From positions 1 to 11,318 of the forward strand of contig NW_021826840.1 in NCBI RefSeq assembly GCF_006345805.1: DNA of 11,318 nucleotides, in the 5' to 3' direction. Shown in pieces: positions 7,637-11,318 of this stretch; the first letter of the stretch is position 1; the number at the start of each line of letters is the position of its first letter. A model generated the notes under the pieces. It was not told the origin of the DNA. It saw only the letters and a program-made list of their open reading frames with translations, and searched no databases. A program made the translations under genes and the position numbers. Source of the stretch: Octopus sinensis. Taxonomy: Eukaryota.

Positions 7637-8280
7637 CTTATTCTTATTTCTTTACTGCCTACAAGGGGCTACTCAGAGAGAAAACAAACAAGATCTGACA
7701 AACGGATTAAGTCGATTATATCGACCCCAATGCGTAACTGGTACTTATTTAATCGACCCCGAAAGGATGAAAGGCAAAGTCGACCTTGGCGGAATTTGAA
7801 CACGGCAGACGAAATACTGCTAAACATTTCGCCCGGCGTGCTAACGTTTCTTATTTCTTTACTGCCCACAAGGAACTACAAACAGAAGGGACAAACAAGA
7901 ACAGACAAAGGGTTTAAGTCGATTACATCGACCCCAGTGCGTAACTGGTACTTAATTTATCGACCTCGAAAGGATGAAAGGCAAAGACGACCTCGGCGGA
8001 ATTTGAAATCAGAACGTAACGGCAGACGATATACCTATTTCTTTACTACCCACAAGGGGCTAAACACAGAGGGGACAAACAAGGACAGAAAACGGATTAA
8101 GTCGATACATCGACCCCAGTCGTAACGGCATCAACACTGGACTTAATCTTATTTATCGACCCCGAAAGGATGAAAGGCAAAGTCGACCTCGGCGGAATTT
8201 GAACTCAGAACGTAACGGCAGACGAAATACCGCTAAGCATTTCGCCCGGCGTGCTAAAGTTTCTGCCAGCTCGCCGCCTT
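7637..8280 (-). mobile_element. SINE family 1 trimer (units 8280-8036, 8035-7851, 7850-7637) with a 10-bp target-site duplication
   Basis: Three body-plus-tail-A units; flanked by identical CTGAGACAAA at 7627-7636 and 8281-8290. Confidence 0.95.
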
Positions 8281-8580
8281 CTGAGACAAAACCTATGCTA
8301 CCGAATGTCAACACATGCGCCTGTGCTAGAATCACTTGCTATTGTTATTGTCGTTGCAGTTGTTGCTGCTGCTGCTACTGCTAGTATTGTTGCAGTCGTT
8401 TGAACCAACTTCTGCACTTAGTCAGGACTGACCTAGACAACACAACAGTAACTTGAACAACGCGGTGTAGACGATGATCTTAATCCCTGTTTAAATGGTG
8501 TTCGTCGAGCAGAATTATGATCAAAGCGTCCAGCTGTGACGATCCTGTCTTTTTACCTCAGATCTCAACAGTTACAGAGC

Positions 8581-8744
8581 GTGGCTGTGTAGCGAAAAGT
8601 TTGCTTCCCAACTACATGGTTCCAAGTTCAGTCCCACAGCGTGGCACCTTTGGCAAATGTCTTCTACTATAGCCTCGAGCTGACCAAAGCCTTGTGAGTG
8701 GATTTGGTAGACAGAAGCTGAAAGAAACCTATCGTATACATTTA

Positions 8745-8814
<70 letters not shown>

Positions 8815-8982
8815 TGTGCGCATGCAAGTGGGTGAGCGGGCGGGTGGGCGCGCGAGCGTGTTTGTGTCTTTGTGTCTGTGTTAGTCCGCTACCATCGCTT
8901 GACAATCGGTGCTAGTGTGTTTACGTTCCGACAGATGTGCCCCAGCATGGCCGCAGTCTAATGAACGAAACAAGTAAAAGAT
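8581..8982 (+). mobile_element. SINE family 2 (tRNA-derived) with internal (GT)n at 8748-8812 and tail D
   Basis: A-box-like TGGCTGTGTAGC and B-box-like GTTCAGTCCC. ACCTTTGGCAAATGTCTT resembles from memory the start of the CORE/V domain. Tail GTGCCCCAGCATGGCCGCAGTC...GAAACAAGTAAAAG. Candidate TSD TACAGAGC at 8573-8580 and 8989-8996. Confidence 0.85.
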
Positions 8983-9938
8983 CATGTCTACAGAGCTACA
9001 ATATTCAATATGTCATTCGATTATTTAGACAGTACAACGATTTAATATACAAGTTACTTATAAATCAAAAACGTTTTCAGGTTATTTTATTTTGCCATCA
9101 ATTTTTGTATATAAGAATTGTAGTTTCTTCGCAATATCTCCCTTCTAGGTAGAGATATTTAACCTAAAGGTTCGTTTACCAAACAAGGCACAAGAAAACA
9201 AATTTAATAAATCGTTGTGAAGAAAGTAACGGGAAGATCTTTCTAGATTGGTAGTTAAAGGCTGGCTTTCTTGCATCTTTGAGCGGAAGGTAAAGAAAAT
9301 ATAGATAACCATTTGATTTAACAGTAACAACAGAAGCAATAATAATAAGCAGCAATATTGATTGTAACACCAAGAGAAAACAACAAAGCTACAAATATAG
9401 TCTACTGGAAATGGTATATAGTAAGAGAGAGAGAGAGAGCCTCGCCATCTTGTCCACACTTCTACCACCACAACACTGACGTCGGCGACGAAGGTGACGG
9501 CAGCCATGTTAGTGATGCCGATAACAATATCGGATACAAGGACAACAATAATAGAAAAACTAAGTAACAACGATGACGCGAAGGGGAAGAGGCTTTTGGA
9601 TGTAAGTGTTAAGGGAAATATAAACCTCCGCATCATAATGAAGGCCAGGAAAATGGAAAAAATGGTGAGAAAATTATCCTCCCCAAAGACTTCTGTAAAC
9701 AGATGGAAAAAATAACGATTACTTTCCGTTGCCACTCTCAGAAGCCGCTGACGTTAAAGATAAAAATAAAAACCCTAGCCAAGCCAGCTTTAAGATGGCC
9801 ATAAAAGACTTAACAGAAAACTATAAAACACTTGAAGAGCGACATTCTGTTTTATGTTAATCTAAGTTATTTCCTATTTTCACAAGAGAAAGAAACAAAG
9901 CAAAATCATTTCACGACAGTCATTTATTCTCTTTTAAT

Positions 9939-10036
9939 ATCTTCTTTTTACCTGGTTTCATTCATTGGACAGCGGCCATGATGGAGCACCGCTTTAAAGG
10001 GAGAGAGATGTAATCGATTGTATCGATCTCAGTATT
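9939..10036 (-). mobile_element. SINE 3' fragment: family 1-like body end joined to tail D
   Basis: 9946-9989 matches the reverse complement of the tail at 8937-8979 in 37/44 columns. The reverse complement of 10008-10034 resembles TACTGGGGTCGATGTAATCGACT. Confidence 0.75.
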
Positions 10037-10061
10037 TTGTCTGATAATATCTATTTTATCA

Positions 10062-10637
10062 AAGGCGGCGAGCTGGCAGAAACGTTAGCACGCCGAGCGA
10101 AATGCTTAGCGGTATTTCGTCTGCCGCTACGTTCTGAGTTCAAATTCCGCCTTGGTCAACTTTGCCTTTCATCTTTTCGGGATCGATTAAATAAGTACCA
10201 GTCACGCACTGGGGTCGATGTAATCGACTTAATCCATTTGTCTGTCCTTTTTTGTCCTCTCTGTGTTTAGCCCCTTGTGAGTAGTAAAGAAATAGGTATT
10301 TCGTCTGTTTTTATGTTCTGAGTTCAAATTCCGCCAAGGTCGACTTTGCCTTTCATCCTTTCGGGGTCGATAAATTAAGTACCAGTTACGCACTGGGGTC
10401 GATATAATCGACTTAAACCCTTTGTCTGTCCTTGTTTGTCTGTCCTTGTTTGTCCTCTCTGTGTTTAGCCCCTTGTGAGTAGTAAAGAAATAGGTATTTC
10501 GTCTGCCTTTCATCCTTTCGGGGTCGATTAAATAAGTACCAGTTACGCACTGAGGTTGATATAATCGGCTGGGCTCCTTCCCCAAAATTTCGGGCCTTCT
10601 GCCTAGATTAGAAAACAAAACAAAAGAATAGAAAAAG
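10062..10637 (+). mobile_element. SINE family 1 trimer (10062-10294, 10295-10492, 10493-10637) with a 16-bp target-site duplication
   Basis: Two tail-A units then a tail-B unit; flanked by AATATCTATTTTATCA (10046-10061) and AATATTTATTTTATCA (10638-10653), 15/16 identical. Confidence 0.95.
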
Positions 10638-10732
10638 AATATTTATTTTATCAGTTATGTAAGGTGGAATCGTATTAGTCGAAATCTATCTGGAAGTAAG
10701 TGAACATTCGTTGAACGCACCATTTCTGTCAC

Positions 10733-11180
10733 CACACGCGCACGCACGCACATACCCACACACATACACATACACACTTACAAATACACACGTATGAAAA
10801 TTTATGCGTAAGTTTTTAGCATAAATTTATATTAAAAACTATTGAAACGTTATGTGGTAAAGAACCCAATACGAAAGTTAAAATTAATGTAAATCTATAT
10901 GGTTTCAAAGCCTTCACATTAATATACATACATATGAATATATATGTGTGTGCCTGTTTGTGTGTATGAATGTATGTATGTATATAAATATATATATATG
11001 CACATACTTATATATAGATGTATGTACATTAATGACTGGAATTTTAACATATTGTATATAGACTGATATCAATTTTAACTTTATTAAACATCAAACATTT
11101 ATTTTTTTTATTGATGTATGTGTATGTAAGTGTGTGAGTGTGTTTATATGTATGTATGTATGTGTGTGCATGCGTGTATA
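10733..11180. repeat. Degenerate CA/TG/TA/GTAT microsatellite patches in AT-rich DNA
   Basis: Read directly. Confidence 0.8.
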
Positions 11181-11318
11181 ATTTTTTTATTTACGAGATA
11201 AAAACCTGACAACGTTAAAGTTGTTTCAATAAATGTATCGCCACAAAGGTGTAGACTATACATTTATAATGTATTGAGTACTTTTTCTCTAGTTATGGCT
11301 TACTTGCAAGTAACTTTG

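Noticed and set aside
6624-7799. 391-aa and 293-aa ORFs as annotated genes
   Set aside because: They are fully explained by a stop-free 16-mer; the longer one runs into SINE sequence. Kept only as a low-interest finding.
7669-8384. ORFs with recurring DPERMKGKVDLGGI or LRSEFKFRRG peptides (also near 288, 3564, 10037, 10229)
   Set aside because: The similarity between these ORFs comes from SINE copies, not from a protein family.
9145-9735. 196-aa minus-strand ORF and overlapping plus-strand ORFs
   Set aside because: They span degenerate triplet and (AG)n tracts, and I recognised no domain.
10062-10151. tRNA gene-like head (GGCGG...CCGCC ends, A/B-box-like motifs)
   Set aside because: No clear anticodon arm, and it continues into SINE body in many copies; it is a tRNA-derived SINE head.
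11188-11212. Short words matching the 66-bp arms (TATTTACGAG, AAAAACCTGACA)
   Set aside because: They are in inconsistent orientations and too short.

Overview
Eukaryotic, AT-rich, repeat-saturated non-coding DNA, most likely an intron or intergenic region of an octopus genome. This assignment is from memory of the SINE families and the microsatellite load, not from a search. I found no credible protein-coding gene; every ORF in the track traces to microsatellites, a minisatellite, SINE sequence or low-complexity DNA. About 19 units or fragments of one tRNA-derived SINE family (family 1) occur as monomers, dimers and trimers with interchangeable 3' tails. The window also holds one copy of a second tRNA-SINE family with an internal (GT)n tract, a decayed CR1/L2-type LINE 3' end, many microsatellites and an 867-bp 16-mer minisatellite with a 240-bp higher-order repeat. 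Best leads: (1) two SINE trimers each enclosed by one target-site duplication, with monomer junctions that recur at independent loci, suggesting multimeric master elements; (2) a SINE dimer whose 5' part is inverted exactly at GTCGAC palindromes, matching twin-priming geometry; (3) two SINEs stacked in a triplicated target site; (4) a 66-bp inverted repeat pair enclosing microsatellites.
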